A stretch of DNA of 64,000 bases from Candidatus Daviesbacteria bacterium (GTDB taxonomy: Bacteria; Patescibacteriota; Microgenomatia; Daviesbacterales; UBA10151): NCBI GenBank assembly GCA_028715175.1, contig JAQUSJ010000001.1:148356-212355 (forward strand), read 5' to 3'. The notes beneath the pieces were generated by a model, which did not search any database, was not told where the DNA came from, and was given only the letters and a program-made list of their open reading frames with translations. The first letter of the stretch is position 1. Each line of letters opens with the position of its first letter. Positions 18,607 through 29,999 of the stretch are shown here, one piece after another. A program made the translations under genes and the position numbers.

Positions 18607-21600
18607 ATGAATGATTTACTAGATTTTGAAAGCTTAAGGTTAACAGTTGCTTCTCCTGAACAAATCCGCAGCTGGTCTTTTGGCGAGGTCACAAAACCTG
18701 AGACCATTAATTATAGAACCTTAAAAGCAGAGAAAGATGGTTTGTTTTCCGAGAATATATTTGGTCCGACCAAAGATTATGAATGTTACTGCGGTAAGTA
18801 CAAAAGAATTAGGTTTAGAGGCGTAATTTGTGATAAATGCGGAGTTGAGGTAACACAGAGCAAAGTAAGACGGGAAAGAATGGGTCATATCAATCTTGCC
18901 TCGCCTGTTGCCCATTCCTGGTTTGTTAAAGGAGCGCCCTCAAAATTGTCGCTAATTTTGGATATTTCGCCTAAAAATTTGGAAGCAGTTATATATTTCG
19001 CCTCTTATTTAGTAATAAATATTGATCCTGTTGGTAAAGCAGCAGCATTGGAGAAATTAGATAAGGATTTGCTGGCAAAGATTGCCGAAGCAGAAGAAAA
19101 ATTGGAAGCTAGCATTAAAGATGCTGAAAGCTCTTTGAAAAAAGCCGTTGCCGATCTAAAGAAAAAGTTAGAGAAAGAAAAATTTGAACTAGAAGCAGAG
19201 GAACTGGAGTTGAAAAGCCGCGCAGAGATTCAAAAATTAAGAGATAATTTGGTAGTAGAAACCGGACAGCTGGAAGGAATCTTCAAGGCAGTATCTGATT
19301 TGGTGAAAAGTGTTGCCTCCTTAAAACTACTATCGGAGGAAGAATATTTTAAACTTTCCGAATATGGGGTCTCGAATTTTGTTGAGGTCGGAATGGGAGC
19401 AGAAGCATTTTTGGAAGTTTTGGAAAAATTAGATTTAGATAAAACTTCTTCGCATCTGCGCGAAGAAGTTAGAAAATCTACCGGACAAAAACATATAAAG
19501 GCTACTAAAAGACTTCGCATAATTGAAGGCATGCGATCATCCGGTATTTCCCCTGCATGGTTGATTATGAGAGTACTGCCGGTTTTACCTCCGGATCTCC
19601 GTCCCATGGTACAACTTCCCGGCGGGAGATTCGCAACGTCCGATTTAAACGACTTGTATAGAAGAGTTATAAATAGAAATAATCGATTAAACAGGTTGAT
19701 TAATCTTGGCGCTCCGGAAATAATCTTGCGGAATGAAAAAAGAATGCTTCAGGAAGCTGTGGACAGTCTGATTGATGCGACATCCCGTACTTCAAGACGG
19801 GGAGGTCCTGCTACCACTCATGTGCTCCGTTCACTTTCAGACATGTTGCGGGGCAAACAGGGAAGATTTAGACAGAATTTACTCGGTAAAAGAGTTGATT
19901 ATTCAGGAAGATCGGTTATTGTTGTTGGGCCAAAACTTAAGCTAGATCAAGTCGGTTTACCAAAAGAGATGGCTTTAGAGATGTTTAAACCTTTTGTTTT
20001 GCGTGAGATGATAGCCCGCGGTTTAGCTTCTAATGTTAAGGGTGCAAAAAATGTTTTAGAACTTAGACCTAGTGAGGTTTGGGATATTTTGGAGGAAATT
20101 ATCACCGGACACCCTATTTTAATCAACAGAGCCCCCACTTTACACAGATTAGGTATACAAGCTTTTTACCCGGTATTGGTAGATGGTAATGCAATTGCTA
20201 TTCACCCTTGCATCTGCGCAGGATTTAATGCTGATTTTGATGGTGACCAAATGGCAGTTCATGTACCTTTGTCATCTAAAGCTCAAGAGGAAGCTCGGAG
20301 ATTAATGATGGCTAAGGAGAATATTTTCGGTCCGGCTAATGCTCAGCCAATCACGGTTCCGAATCGGGAAATGGCTTTAGGGTGTTACTATTTAACTTTT
20401 ATCGATGAGTCTGAAAGTTCGAAAGATTTACAATTTTTTGCACTTGCGGAAGATGCCGTCAGGGCTTTTACTTTGGGAAAGATCGGTGTCCAACAAAAGA
20501 TTCAGATAAGAGTAAACAACGAAATCATTGAGACATCGGTTGGGAGGATTTTATTTAACCAGGTATTGCCTCCTCAAATGAGATTCCTGAACTCTGTTAT
20601 CAAAGGATTTACGATCCGTGACATTATCCTCAAAGCTATGGAAATTTTAGGTAAAGATGAAACAACTAAGCTGATTGATAATATCAAAGATATTGGTTTT
20701 TGGGGAGTGACAATTGCAGGTATTTCAATATCAATATTTGATGCAAAGATTGTTCCTGACAAGAATAAATATTTAGAGAGGGCAATCAAAGAGATTGAAA
20801 CAATCGAAGCGAATACTGCTAAAGGTTTAATTACCCCGCAAGAAAAATCACAGCTTTCTCAAATGGTTTGGATCAAAACAACAGAAGAATTGGCCAATGC
20901 TACATGGGAACATTTGGGTTTTAAAAACCCTATCAGAATGATGGTTGAGGCAGGAGCCAGAGGATCCAGAGATCAGGCAAAACAATTGTCCGCCATGCGT
21001 GGTCTCTCAACCGATCCAACCGGTAAAATTGTTGAATTACCTACCAAATCAAACTACAGGCAAGGCTTATCGGTATTTGAATACTTTACATCAGCTCGGG
21101 GAGCAAGAAAAGGTGTGGCAGATAAAGCACTAAAAACTGCAGATGCAGGATACTTAACCAGGAGACTAGTGGATGTTGCTCACGATGTCATTATCAGGAT
21201 GGAAGATTGCGGAACATCCAGTGCGCTTGAATATGATCTAACCAAAAATAGCTTCAATATAGCAAGAGAGAAATTGCTTGGTAGATTAATCTCGGAAAAT
21301 GTTTTGGAACCGAAAACCAGAAAAGTAATTATCAAAAAAGGTACAATATTGACTGAAGATATAATTTCAAAAATACTGAAAGCAGGAGTTGTAAAAGTAT
21401 CGGCCCGGTCTCCCTTAACTTGCGAGGCCCGTGTCGGAATTTGTAGCGCTTGTTATGGATTTGATTTAACTACCAGAGAGTTGGTTAAAATTGGTACTCC
21501 TGTTGGTGTGGTGGCAGCTCAGGCAATCGGTGAGCCCGGAACACAGCTAACAATGCGTACTTTTCACACCGGAGGAATTGTCGGTTTGGATATTACTCAA

Positions 21601-22302
21601 GGTTTGCCAAGAGTTGAAGAGTTGTTTGAAGCTAGAACTCCAAAAGTTGTGGCGCCAATTTCCGAGATTGCCGGAAAAGTTTTCGTTGTTGAAGCAGAGG
21701 ATGCAGGTATAAGAGTTAGAGTGAGAACTACCCAAAAACCACACGAAGAAAGAGAATACATAATTCCTGCAACAGCCACACTTTTAGTGGAAGAGGGACA
21801 ACTGATTGATGCCGGTACAACTCTTGCCTCGGGTCATGCAGATGTAAAAGAAACTTTGCGGATTCAAGGGTTGCGGGTTGCGCAGCGCTATATTGCTGAT
21901 CAGGTCCGATCGGTTTATGAATCTCAAGGGGTGCCTATTAATGAAAAGCATTTCGAAGTTATTGTGCGGAAAATGTCAGATAAAGTTAGAGTTGAAACCC
22001 AGGGTGATACCAATCTTTTGCCCGGTGAAATTATTGATAAACTTCGTTTTGAAGAAGAGAATAAGCGTGTTTTGGCCGGCGGCGGCGAACCGGCAACGGC
22101 AGAAGTTGTGATTTTAGGAATTACCAGAGCATCTTTACAAACGGAAAGCTTCTTGTCTGCTGCTTCTTTCCAGGAAACTACTTCAATACTTTCAGATGCA
22201 GCCATCTCTGGTAAAGAAGACAAGTTGGTAGGTCTAAAGGAAAATGTTATAATTGGCAGGCTCATTCCTACAAGTATAGAGAGAGCAAGGATAGAAAGTT
22301 AA
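18607..22302 (+). CDS. rpoC: RNA polymerase beta' subunit
   Basis: KPETINYRT, Zn finger CYCGKYK..CDKC, catalytic [20 protein letters not shown]. Alternative start 18598. Confidence 0.98.
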   Translation: MNDLLDFESLRLTVASPEQIRSWSFGEVTKPETINYRTLKAEKDGLFSENIFGPTKDYECYCGKYKRIRFRGVICDKCGVEVTQSKVRRERMGHINLASPVAHSWFVKGAPSKLSLILDISPKNLEAVIYFASYLVINIDPVGKAAALEKLDKDLLAKIAEAEEKLEASIKDAESSLKKAVADLKKKLEKEKFELEAEELELKSRAEIQKLRDNLVVETGQLEGIFKAVSDLVKSVASLKLLSEEEYFKLSEYGVSNFVEVGMGAEAFLEVLEKLDLDKTSSHLREEVRKSTGQKHIKATKRLRIIEGMRSSGISPAWLIMRVLPVLPPDLRPMVQLPGGRFATSDLNDLYRRVINRNNRLNRLINLGAPEIILRNEKRMLQEAVDSLIDATSRTSRRGGPATTHVLRSLSDMLRGKQGRFRQNLLGKRVDYSGRSVIVVGPKLKLDQVGLPKEMALEMFKPFVLREMIARGLASNVKGAKNVLELRPSEVWDILEEIITGHPILINRAPTLHRLGIQAFYPVLVDGNAIAIHPCICAGFNADFDGDQMAVHVPLSSKAQEEARRLMMAKENIFGPANAQPITVPNREMALGCYYLTFIDESESSKDLQFFALAEDAVRAFTLGKIGVQQKIQIRVNNEIIETSVGRILFNQVLPPQMRFLNSVIKGFTIRDIILKAMEILGKDETTKLIDNIKDIGFWGVTIAGISISIFDAKIVPDKNKYLERAIKEIETIEANTAKGLITPQEKSQLSQMVWIKTTEELANATWEHLGFKNPIRMMVEAGARGSRDQAKQLSAMRGLSTDPTGKIVELPTKSNYRQGLSVFEYFTSARGARKGVADKALKTADAGYLTRRLVDVAHDVIIRMEDCGTSSALEYDLTKNSFNIAREKLLGRLISENVLEPKTRKVIIKKGTILTEDIISKILKAGVVKVSARSPLTCEARVGICSACYGFDLTTRELVKIGTPVGVVAAQAIGEPGTQLTMRTFHTGGIVGLDITQGLPRVEELFEARTPKVVAPISEIAGKVFVVEAEDAGIRVRVRTTQKPHEEREYIIPATATLLVEEGQLIDAGTTLASGHADVKETLRIQGLRVAQRYIADQVRSVYESQGVPINEKHFEVIVRKMSDKVRVETQGDTNLLPGEIIDKLRFEEENKRVLAGGGEPATAEVVILGITRASLQTESFLSAASFQETTSILSDAAISGKEDKLVGLKENVIIGRLIPTSIERARIES

Positions 22303-22304
22303 AA

Positions 22305-22775
22305 ATGCCAACTATTAATCAATTAGTTAGAAAAGGTAGAAAAAAGATCGTTAAAAAGATTAAAGCTACGGCTTTAAGACGTAGTTTTAATGCCAAAGAC
22401 AGGAGATATACCCAAGATTTCAGCCCGCAAAAACGGGGAGTTGTTACTTTGGTTAAAACTATGACTCCAAAAAAACCAAACTCAGCACTCAGAAAAGTGG
22501 CCAGAGTAAGACTTTCCAACAGAACTGAGGTGACGGCATATATTCAAGGTGAAGGTCACTCGTTAGCAGAACACGGAATTGTGCTAGTCCGGGGCGGCAG
22601 GGTGAAGGATTTGCCGGGAGTGAAATACCATTTAGTCAGAGGTAAGTTCGATCTGGTAGGAGTAGTAGGTAGAAAACAAGGTAGATCAAGATACGGTACA
22701 AAAAGCGGAGGAGGCGGACCGGTGCCCAGAGCGGCTGCGCCTCCGCCAGCTGGCGGACCAACTCCAGCAGTATGA
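22305..22775 (+). CDS. rpsL: 30S ribosomal protein S12 with a Pro/Gly-rich C-terminal extension
   Basis: [35 protein letters not shown]. Confidence 0.98.
   Translation: MPTINQLVRKGRKKIVKKIKATALRRSFNAKDRRYTQDFSPQKRGVVTLVKTMTPKKPNSALRKVARVRLSNRTEVTAYIQGEGHSLAEHGIVLVRGGRVKDLPGVKYHLVRGKFDLVGVVGRKQGRSRYGTKSGGGGPVPRAAAPPPAGGPTPAV
22742..22757. repeat. TCCGCC-N4-GGCGGA palindrome in frame in the rpsL tail
   Basis: TCCGCCAGCTGGCGGA; other copies at 61266-61281 and 63261-63276. Confidence 0.7.
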
Positions 22776-22792
22776 AAGAAAGGAATTAAAAC

Positions 22793-23269
22793 GTGAGAAG
22801 CGGAAAAGCTGAAAAGAAAATACTCCCACCGGATCCTATTTACGGGTCAAGGCTTGTGGCCCGATTTATTAATAAATTGATGATCAGCGGTAAAAGAACC
22901 GTTGCAGAAAAATTAGTTTATGAAGCTTTGGAGACAATAAGAGAACAAGTTAAGCAGGAACCGCTTTCTGTTTTTGAGAAAGCTATTTCTAATATTGCTC
23001 CAAAGATGGAGGTTCGACCCCGGCGAGTCGGTGGAGCTTCATACCAGGTGCCGGTTGAAGTCAGAGGCGACAGGAAAGAAGCTTTGGCAATCAGGTGGAT
23101 TTTAACCGGAGCAAGATCCAGGTCTAATAAAGAGTTTCATTCTTTCGATAAAAAATTAGCGGCAGAACTTATTGACGCTGCAAATAATACCGGTGCGGCA
23201 ATTAAAAAGAAAGATGATGTCCAAAAAGCCGCTGCAGCCAATCGTGCATTCAGTCACTTCCGTTGGTAA
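22793..23269 (+). CDS. rpsG: 30S ribosomal protein S7
   Basis: EVRPRRVGGASYQVP, ANRAFSHFRW; GTG start after AAGGA. Confidence 0.98.
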   Translation: MRSGKAEKKILPPDPIYGSRLVARFINKLMISGKRTVAEKLVYEALETIREQVKQEPLSVFEKAISNIAPKMEVRPRRVGGASYQVPVEVRGDRKEALAIRWILTGARSRSNKEFHSFDKKLAAELIDAANNTGAAIKKKDDVQKAAAANRAFSHFRW

Positions 23270-23293
23270 ATACTCATTGAAAGGTAAAGATAT

Positions 23294-23518
23294 ATGAATA
23301 AAAAAATAAGAGAACAAAAAATTAAAATGTGGAAAGATAATTTAGCTAAGTTGGAAGAAGAGTTAAGGGTGATTGCGGAGAAAAAAGGAGTTGCTGCTCA
23401 AGAAGGCGATCTGTCGGAAAACGCTGCTTATACTATAGCTGTTGAGGATGCGGAAACAACTAGAGTTAGAATTGAAGAAGTGAAAAAGTTAATTAGAGAT
23501 TTGGAAAAAGAAGGTTAA
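23294..23518 (+). CDS. GreA N-terminal coiled-coil-only protein
   Basis: 74 aa with the GreA signature [13 protein letters not shown] between two heptad helices; no C-terminal domain. Confidence 0.8.
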   Translation: MNKKIREQKIKMWKDNLAKLEEELRVIAEKKGVAAQEGDLSENAAYTIAVEDAETTRVRIEEVKKLIRDLEKEG

Positions 23519-23519
23519 T

Positions 23520-25658
23520 ATGACATTAACAAAGACAAAACGGGATTTTCCGCTGGACAGGATTAGAAACATTGGAATTATTGCCCATATTGATGCAGGA
23601 AAAACTACTACAACCGAGCGAATCCTCTTTTATACAGGAAAAACTTACAAAATAGGCAATATTGACGAGGGTACAACTGTTACAGACTGGATGGAGCAGG
23701 AAAGAGAGCGGGGAATCACTATTGTTTCTGCAGCCATCACAGCTTTTTGGACTGTTAAAAAAGGTCAATTTGAAGGTGAAGAAATGAGAATTAATTTGAT
23801 TGATACACCGGGTCACGTTGATTTTACAGCCGAAGTTGAGCGGAGTTTGCGGGTTTTAGACGGGGCAGTAATTGTTTTGGATTCCTCATCCGGCGTGCAA
23901 TCACAGACAGAGACTGTTTGGAGACAGGCTAATAAATATAATGTGCCTTTAATTGCCTTTTCCAACAAGATGGATGTGGTGGGAGCGGATTTTCAGGCCA
24001 CTATTCAATCTGCCAGGGATAGGCTAGGTGCAAATGCTATTGCTTACAATCTGCCAATAGGCAAAGAGAACGATTTTAAAGGAGTGGTAGATCTTTTGAG
24101 CGAGAAAGCAATTATTTGGGAAGGGGATGAAACCGGCGCAAAGTTTCATGAAATAGATATACCCGCTGATATGGCTGAAGTTGTCAAGGCGGCTCGCGAG
24201 AAGTTGGTTGAGGAAATTGCAGGTACCGACGATATTTTGATGGGGAAGTATCTGGAAGGGAAAGAAATTACAGTGCAAGAGTTAAAACAAGCCTTAAGGA
24301 AAGCAGTAATTGCCAATAAAATCGTACCCGTTATGGCGGGGTCATCTCTTCGCAATAAAGGGGTTCAGTCAATGCTTGATGCTGTTGTAGAATATCTTCC
24401 CTCTCCGCAAGACATAGCTACAGTTTCAGGTTACAATCCAAAAACAGGTGATCCTGAAGAAAGAAAAGCAGACTCGACTGCTCTCCTGGCGGCGTTGGCT
24501 TTTAAAATTCAAGTTGATCCGCATGTAGGAAAATTGACTTATATCAGAGTATATTCCGGAACCTTGAAAAGCGGTTCTTATGTGTACAACGCCACCAAAC
24601 AAATTAGAGAAAGAGTAGGTAGGTTGCTTCTCATGCATGCCAATGACAGGGAGGAAATCGATGAAGCTTTCGCCGGAGAAATTGTGGCAGCGGTAGGTTT
24701 GAAAGATACTGTCACTGGTAATACCCTTTGCGATGAGAATACTCCAATTATTTTAGAGTCTATCTCTTTTCCTGATCCGGTTATTTCTTTGGCAATAGAA
24801 CCAAAAACAAAATCAGATCAGGAAAAGCTAGGTTATGCTTTGCAAAGACTTTCCGAAGAAGATCCGACTTTCCGGGTCAAGTCTGATCCCGAAACCGGCC
24901 AGACTATTATTGCAGGTATGGGTGAATTGCAGCTTGAAATTTTGGTTGACCGGATGAAAAGGGAGTTTAAGCTGGAGGCTAATGTGGGTCAGCCGCAAGT
25001 TGCATACAAGGAAACTATTACTCAGATAGCAAAGGGTGAGGGGAAGTATATCAGACAAACCGGAGGTCGTGGTCAATATGGCCATTGTTTGCTTAGAATT
25101 GAGCCTCTGCCGCGGGGAACCGGCAGGGAATTTGTCTCAGAAATTGTCGGTGGCGCTATCCCGCGGGAGTTTATTCCCCCAATTGAAAAAGGAGTTATTG
25201 AAAAAGAAGATACCGGTATTTTGGCTGGATTCCCTGTGACTGATATTAAAGTAGCTGTTTATGACGGGTCTTTTCATGATGTTGACTCCTCGGAAGTTGC
25301 TTTTAAGATTGCAGCTTCACTGGGGCTTTCTGAGGCAGCCAAAAAAGCTGACATGATTCTCCTTGAGCCGATTATGAAGGTGGAAGTTACTACTCCTGAG
25401 GAGTTTTTGGGGGAGATTATTGGTGATTTGTCTTCTAAAAGAGCGCAAATTCTTTCTTCCGAAACCCGGGGAAATGCCAGGGTGGTGATAGCTTTGGTTC
25501 CTTTGGCAGAAATGCACGGTTATGCTACAGCTATCCGCTCCATGTCTCAGGGTAGAGCTACTTATTACATGGAGGCAGATCATTATGAAACAGTACCGCA
25601 AAACATCACCCAAAAAATCATTGAATCCTCAGGCTTTACAGGTAGAGTGGAACACTAG
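23520..25658 (+). CDS. fusA: Elongation factor G
   Basis: [47 protein letters not shown]. Confidence 0.98.
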   Translation: MTLTKTKRDFPLDRIRNIGIIAHIDAGKTTTTERILFYTGKTYKIGNIDEGTTVTDWMEQERERGITIVSAAITAFWTVKKGQFEGEEMRINLIDTPGHVDFTAEVERSLRVLDGAVIVLDSSSGVQSQTETVWRQANKYNVPLIAFSNKMDVVGADFQATIQSARDRLGANAIAYNLPIGKENDFKGVVDLLSEKAIIWEGDETGAKFHEIDIPADMAEVVKAAREKLVEEIAGTDDILMGKYLEGKEITVQELKQALRKAVIANKIVPVMAGSSLRNKGVQSMLDAVVEYLPSPQDIATVSGYNPKTGDPEERKADSTALLAALAFKIQVDPHVGKLTYIRVYSGTLKSGSYVYNATKQIRERVGRLLLMHANDREEIDEAFAGEIVAAVGLKDTVTGNTLCDENTPIILESISFPDPVISLAIEPKTKSDQEKLGYALQRLSEEDPTFRVKSDPETGQTIIAGMGELQLEILVDRMKREFKLEANVGQPQVAYKETITQIAKGEGKYIRQTGGRGQYGHCLLRIEPLPRGTGREFVSEIVGGAIPREFIPPIEKGVIEKEDTGILAGFPVTDIKVAVYDGSFHDVDSSEVAFKIAASLGLSEAAKKADMILLEPIMKVEVTTPEEFLGEIIGDLSSKRAQILSSETRGNARVVIALVPLAEMHGYATAIRSMSQGRATYYMEADHYETVPQNITQKIIESSGFTGRVEH

Positions 25659-25659
25659 A

Positions 25660-26667
25660 ATGAGAAGGCTCAATATTGCTATTTTGCCTGCAGGAGTTTG
25701 GGGGACTGCTTTGGTAGTTCCTGTTTCAGATAATGGGCACAGAGTAACGCTCTATTTTAGACAAAATGCAGACGCAAAAAAGTTTAATGAAGTAAAACGG
25801 AATTTAAAAAGACTACCGGAGATCCGGTTTAATGGACAGGTTAGTGCGACTTCTAATTTAAAGAAGGCAATTTCAGGGGCAAATATATTGGTTTTAGCTT
25901 GTGACGTTTACCATGTCAGAAATTTCTTTAAGCAAATCAAACCTTTTGTTAAAGAAAATATGATTATTCTTTGTAGCGCCAAAGGAATTGAGAAAAAGAC
26001 GAATCTTTGTATGTCGGAAGTGCTCAGTGAAGTTTATTCTAACAATAATGCTAATTTAGCAGTTATGTCCGGCCCAAATTTCGCAGTTGAGGTAGCCAAA
26101 AGATTACCAACAATGACTGTAATTGCTTCAAAAAAGAAAACTGTCGGTAATCTTTTGCAAAAAGCTTTCAGTACGGAAAACTTTAAGGTTTATACCCAAG
26201 ATGATGTTTTGGGGGTGGAACTGGGAGGGGCGTTAAAAAATGTTATAGCAATCGGAGTGGGTATTGGGGAAGGACTACGGATGGGTGAGAACTGTAGGGC
26301 GGCTCTCATCACTAGAGGGATTGCAGAGATGATTAAACTAGGAACAGTATTAGGTGCTAATAAGTTGACTTTTGCCGGTTTATCCGGTATGGGGGATTTA
26401 ATATTGACTTGTACTTCTGCCCAAAGCAGAAATTATAAAGCAGGATTTAAAATAGGTAGGGGAATGAATCCGAAAGATCTGCTTACATCGGGTGAAACTA
26501 TTGAAGGATTGCGAACAGTTAAGGTTGCTGTTGGAATAGCGAAGAAAAAAAATATTGAAATTCCCATAATGGAGATGGTTTATAAAATAGTTTATCAGGG
26601 TTTAAAACCCAAGATAGGATTCAGGGAACTTATGAAGTTTGAACTAAGTAGCGAGAACGGAGATTAA
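25660..26667 (+). CDS. gpsA: NAD(P)H-dependent glycerol-3-phosphate dehydrogenase
   Basis: AKGIE, SGPNFAVEV, GVELGGALKNVIAI, GLSGMGDLILTC, SRN. ATG 25660 directly after the fusA stop. Confidence 0.93.
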   Translation: MRRLNIAILPAGVWGTALVVPVSDNGHRVTLYFRQNADAKKFNEVKRNLKRLPEIRFNGQVSATSNLKKAISGANILVLACDVYHVRNFFKQIKPFVKENMIILCSAKGIEKKTNLCMSEVLSEVYSNNNANLAVMSGPNFAVEVAKRLPTMTVIASKKKTVGNLLQKAFSTENFKVYTQDDVLGVELGGALKNVIAIGVGIGEGLRMGENCRAALITRGIAEMIKLGTVLGANKLTFAGLSGMGDLILTCTSAQSRNYKAGFKIGRGMNPKDLLTSGETIEGLRTVKVAVGIAKKKNIEIPIMEMVYKIVYQGLKPKIGFRELMKFELSSENGD

Positions 26668-26790
26668 ATTAGGTATTGTAATTTAGATAAATTTATTGTA
26701 TATTTCTTAATACCAGCTTAAGGAGCTGGTATTTAATTGTTATATTTGATTCTAGACAAGTCAGAATGGTAATGATAAAATAATAAGATT

Positions 26791-27975
26791 ATGGCTGAAC
26801 AGAAAAAATTTGATAGAAGCAAACCGCATGTAAATGTTGGAACCATGGGTCATGTTGACCATGGTAAAACAACTTTAACTGCTGCAATCACCAAAGTCTT
26901 GGCCGGCAAAGGTATGGCTGAAGAGCGCAGTGTTGATCAAATTGATAACGCTCCGGAAGAAAAAGCCCGTGGCATTACCATTAATATTTCTCACCAAGAG
27001 TATGAAACCGAAAAAAGGCATTATGCCCACATTGATATGCCAGGGCATGCAGATTACATCAAAAACATGATTACCGGCGCCGCCCAAACAGATGGCGCCA
27101 TTTTGGTAGTTTCTGCACCGGATGGCCCAATGCCTCAAACCAGAGAACATCTTCTATTGGCTCGCCAGGTAGGAGTTCCGGCAATTGTAGTTTATTTAAA
27201 TAAGGTAGATATGGTAGACGATCCTGAACTTTTGGATTTGGTAGAAGAAGAAGTTCGTGATCTTTTGAAGAAATATGAATATGATCCGCAGTCTCCTATA
27301 ATCCGCGGCAGCGCCAAAAAGGCTTTGGAAGGTGATGCTGAGGCAGTAAAATCTATTGAAGATTTAATGACTAAAGTTGACGAGTGGATTCCGACTCCTG
27401 TCAGGGATACGGATAAGCCGTTCCTGATGGCGGTTGAGGATGTTTTCTCAATTAAAGGCAGAGGTACGGTAGTAACCGGAAGAATTGAAAGAGGCAAGGT
27501 TAAAGTTAATGAAGAAATCGAAATCGTTGGCATCAAGCCCACAAAGAAAAGCGTTGTCACAGGAATTGAGATGTTCCATAAAATGCTGGATGAAGGTCAA
27601 GCGGGCGACAATGCCGGAATTCTGCTTCGAGGTATTGAAAAAGACGATGTTGAAAGAGGTCAAGTTTTGGCCAAACCAGGCTCAATTACCCCGCATTCCG
27701 AATTCCAGGCTGAAGTTTATATTTTGAGCAAAGAAGAAGGCGGAAGACACACTCCTTTTTTCAAAGGCTACAGACCGCAATTCTATATTAGAACTACAGA
27801 TGTGACCGGTGAAGTTACTTTACCGGAAGGAGTAGAAATGGCGATGCCAGGTGATACAGTCAATGTTACCGGTAAACTTATTACACCTGTTGCTATGGAA
27901 GAAGGTCTTCGTTTTGCTGTCAGAGAAGGCGGAAAAACGGTCGGAGCCGGGGTTATTACCAAAATAATCGCTTAA
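26791..27975 (+). CDS. tuf: Elongation factor Tu
   Basis: [38 protein letters not shown]. Confidence 0.99.
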   Translation: MAEQKKFDRSKPHVNVGTMGHVDHGKTTLTAAITKVLAGKGMAEERSVDQIDNAPEEKARGITINISHQEYETEKRHYAHIDMPGHADYIKNMITGAAQTDGAILVVSAPDGPMPQTREHLLLARQVGVPAIVVYLNKVDMVDDPELLDLVEEEVRDLLKKYEYDPQSPIIRGSAKKALEGDAEAVKSIEDLMTKVDEWIPTPVRDTDKPFLMAVEDVFSIKGRGTVVTGRIERGKVKVNEEIEIVGIKPTKKSVVTGIEMFHKMLDEGQAGDNAGILLRGIEKDDVERGQVLAKPGSITPHSEFQAEVYILSKEEGGRHTPFFKGYRPQFYIRTTDVTGEVTLPEGVEMAMPGDTVNVTGKLITPVAMEEGLRFAVREGGKTVGAGVITKIIA

Positions 27976-27982
27976 GCTTATT

Positions 27983-28040
27983 TGTCATTCTGAACGTAGT
28001 GAAGAATCTAATTGGATTTTTCGTTTTACTCAGGATGACA
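27983..28040. repeat. 58-bp TGTCAT...ATGACA palindromic element, copy 1 (after tuf)
   Basis: 55/58 identical to 50126-50183; imperfect long hairpin. Confidence 0.92.
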
Positions 28041-28088
28041 ATTTAGTATAATGCACATTGAAAGGGAAATCCCTAAAGGGATTATAAT

Positions 28089-28397
28089 ATGCCAAGAGGA
28101 CGAATCAGAGTAAAACTGAAGAGTTACGATCATCGGGTATTAGATAATACCTGTGAATCCCTTTTGGATACAGCCCTTAGAACCGGTGCCAAAATAGTCG
28201 GGCCAATCCTCCTTCCTACAAAAACTGAGCGCATTACGGTTTTAACTTCCCCCCATACAGACAAAGACTCAAGAGAAGCTTTTGAAATAAAAACCCACAA
28301 AAGAATGATTGATATTGTGGAACCTACCCAAAAAACCATTGATTCTCTCATGCATCTTGAAATCCCAGCCGGGGTTGATATTGAAGTAAAGATGTAG
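28089..28397 (+). CDS. rpsJ: 30S ribosomal protein S10
   Basis: RIRVKLKSYDH, GPILLPT, SPHTDKDSREAFE. Confidence 0.98.
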   Translation: MPRGRIRVKLKSYDHRVLDNTCESLLDTALRTGAKIVGPILLPTKTERITVLTSPHTDKDSREAFEIKTHKRMIDIVEPTQKTIDSLMHLEIPAGVDIEVKM

Positions 28398-28398
28398 C

Positions 28399-28992
28399 AT
28401 GTCTAAATTTAAGGTTTTAGGATTTATTAATTGCCTTTTAGCAATTTTGCCTATTGTCGTTCGGTATCCTCTTAATTTAGTTTTCTTATTTTCATTAGGA
28501 CTAAATATTTATTTAGGATATAAATTACTTTGGGAACACTATGATCTAACAAAATTTAAACAATATTCAACTCTGACTTTCTTAACTGTTTTTTGGCTCA
28601 TTTGGGGTTTGATCGGATATATTTTTGCGTCAGGGTTTGTTTACCCAATAATCTCTCTTGTGCCAATTACTGGAATTTTTATCTTTATTAGGAAACTTTC
28701 GGTTAAACTGGCTTTACTTGTTTCCTTTGCTACATTTTTAATTGTTGTCCAAACGATAGCTTGGAGATTTGAAGAAGATTATTGCTGGAAGAAAGGGTAT
28801 GAAATGGCTGTAGGTAAACTAGGAACGATGGTTGTTCCTGGCCAAGAAGCTAAAAATTTATTCGGCAGTGATATTGATATTTCTGCATCTGGTTCTGCTG
28901 AAGTTGGTACAGCCGCATATTACCATTTTAAGTGTCATCAGGATTTTGATTTGGGTAGAGTACTGAGAGAAAAATATATCCCAAAGAAGTAA
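28399..28992 (+). CDS. Hypothetical multi-pass membrane protein inserted between rpsJ and rplC
   Basis: About five hydrophobic segments plus a C-terminal domain with two Cys; starts 1 nt after the rpsJ stop. Confidence 0.75.
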   Translation: MSKFKVLGFINCLLAILPIVVRYPLNLVFLFSLGLNIYLGYKLLWEHYDLTKFKQYSTLTFLTVFWLIWGLIGYIFASGFVYPIISLVPITGIFIFIRKLSVKLALLVSFATFLIVVQTIAWRFEEDYCWKKGYEMAVGKLGTMVVPGQEAKNLFGSDIDISASGSAEVGTAAYYHFKCHQDFDLGRVLREKYIPKK

Positions 28993-29009
28993 ATATAAAT
29001 TCACCTCTC

Positions 29010-29195
29010 TTGCATTTAGCCTCGAGTTTGTGTTAGAATTTCCTTACATGATTAGGTCAGGTTAAATAATTTAACCTAAACTACGTTCATGTAAACTGAA
29101 CGTAGTAAAATTTCAGTAGATCGCGCGTCCTGAAACGATACGGCGAATCTAGCGAGATACTGAGTGAGCTTCGCCTAGGCGAACTCACTCTTTTT
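29010..29195 (+). promoter_or_regulatory. rplC promoter and structured leader ending in an intrinsic terminator (putative attenuator)
   Basis: TTGCAT-18-TAGAAT; hairpins at 29059-29077, 29080-29106 and 29113-29163; GAGTGAG...CTCACTC TTTTT at 29162-29195. Confidence 0.65.
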
Positions 29196-29207
29196 AGTGC
29201 AAAAATT

Positions 29208-29999
29208 ATGATAAGTACACTTTTAGGTATAAAAAAGGAAATGACGAGTGTTTATGATTCCCGCGGAAGAAGGGTGGGAGCTACCGTTGTACAAATTTCA
29301 CCTAATTTGGTGACTCAAATAAAAACTACCGATGGTAAAGATGGTTACAGCGCAGTCCAGCTAGGTTATGGAACCAAAAAATCAGTCAAAAAACCTCAGC
29401 TTGGACACGGGAAAAAAGCTGGAATTGAAACTCCGATTAGATGGTTTAGGGAAGTTAAAATCAAGGAAGAAAATCCCTCGACTACGCTCGGGACTATAGA
29501 GCCTGGAACAGAAATTAAACTGGACCAGGTTTTTTCAATAGGAGATGCAGTAAAAGCGACAGGTATTTCTAAAGGTAAAGGTTTTCAAGGTGGAGTGAGG
29601 CGTCACGGCTTTCATGGCGGACCAAAGACTCACGGTCAATCAGATAGGTTGCGAGCTCCGGGCGCAATTGGTTCAGGTACTACCCCGGGAAGAGTTTATA
29701 AGGGCAAAAAGATGGCAGGTCATATGGGTAGTAGCGGAGCAAGTACCAAGAATTTAGAAGTCGTAGGGTTAAATAAAAATGATAATTTATTGATTATTAA
29801 AGGCGCAATTCCGGGGCCGGTGAATAATTTAGTTTTAATTACAAAATTAGGAAGAGTAAAAGGTTACACTCCGCCACCGGAAGAAAAACCATCGGAAGAA
29901 GAATTAAGCGAAGAGAAGCAAGAATCAAGCAAAGAAACAGAAGAGCCAAAGACTGAAGAAGCAAAGGTGGAACAAAAAGGAGAAGAAAATGCCAGTTAA
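29208..29999 (+). CDS. rplC: 50S ribosomal protein L3 (acidic C-terminal tail)
   Basis: DGYSAVQLG, SKGKGFQG, RAPGAIG, PGRVYKGKKMAGHMG. Confidence 0.98.
   Translation: MISTLLGIKKEMTSVYDSRGRRVGATVVQISPNLVTQIKTTDGKDGYSAVQLGYGTKKSVKKPQLGHGKKAGIETPIRWFREVKIKEENPSTTLGTIEPGTEIKLDQVFSIGDAVKATGISKGKGFQGGVRRHGFHGGPKTHGQSDRLRAPGAIGSGTTPGRVYKGKKMAGHMGSSGASTKNLEVVGLNKNDNLLIIKGAIPGPVNNLVLITKLGRVKGYTPPPEEKPSEEELSEEKQESSKETEEPKTEEAKVEQKGEENAS

Noticed and set aside
15149-25658. Inteins or self-splicing introns in rpoB, rpoC or fusA
   Set aside because: Proteins are normal or short in length, with continuous motifs and no intein signatures.
25522-25659. N-terminal extension of GpsA in the ORF track
   Set aside because: Overlaps the fusA 3' end; the Rossmann fold starts right after ATG 25660.
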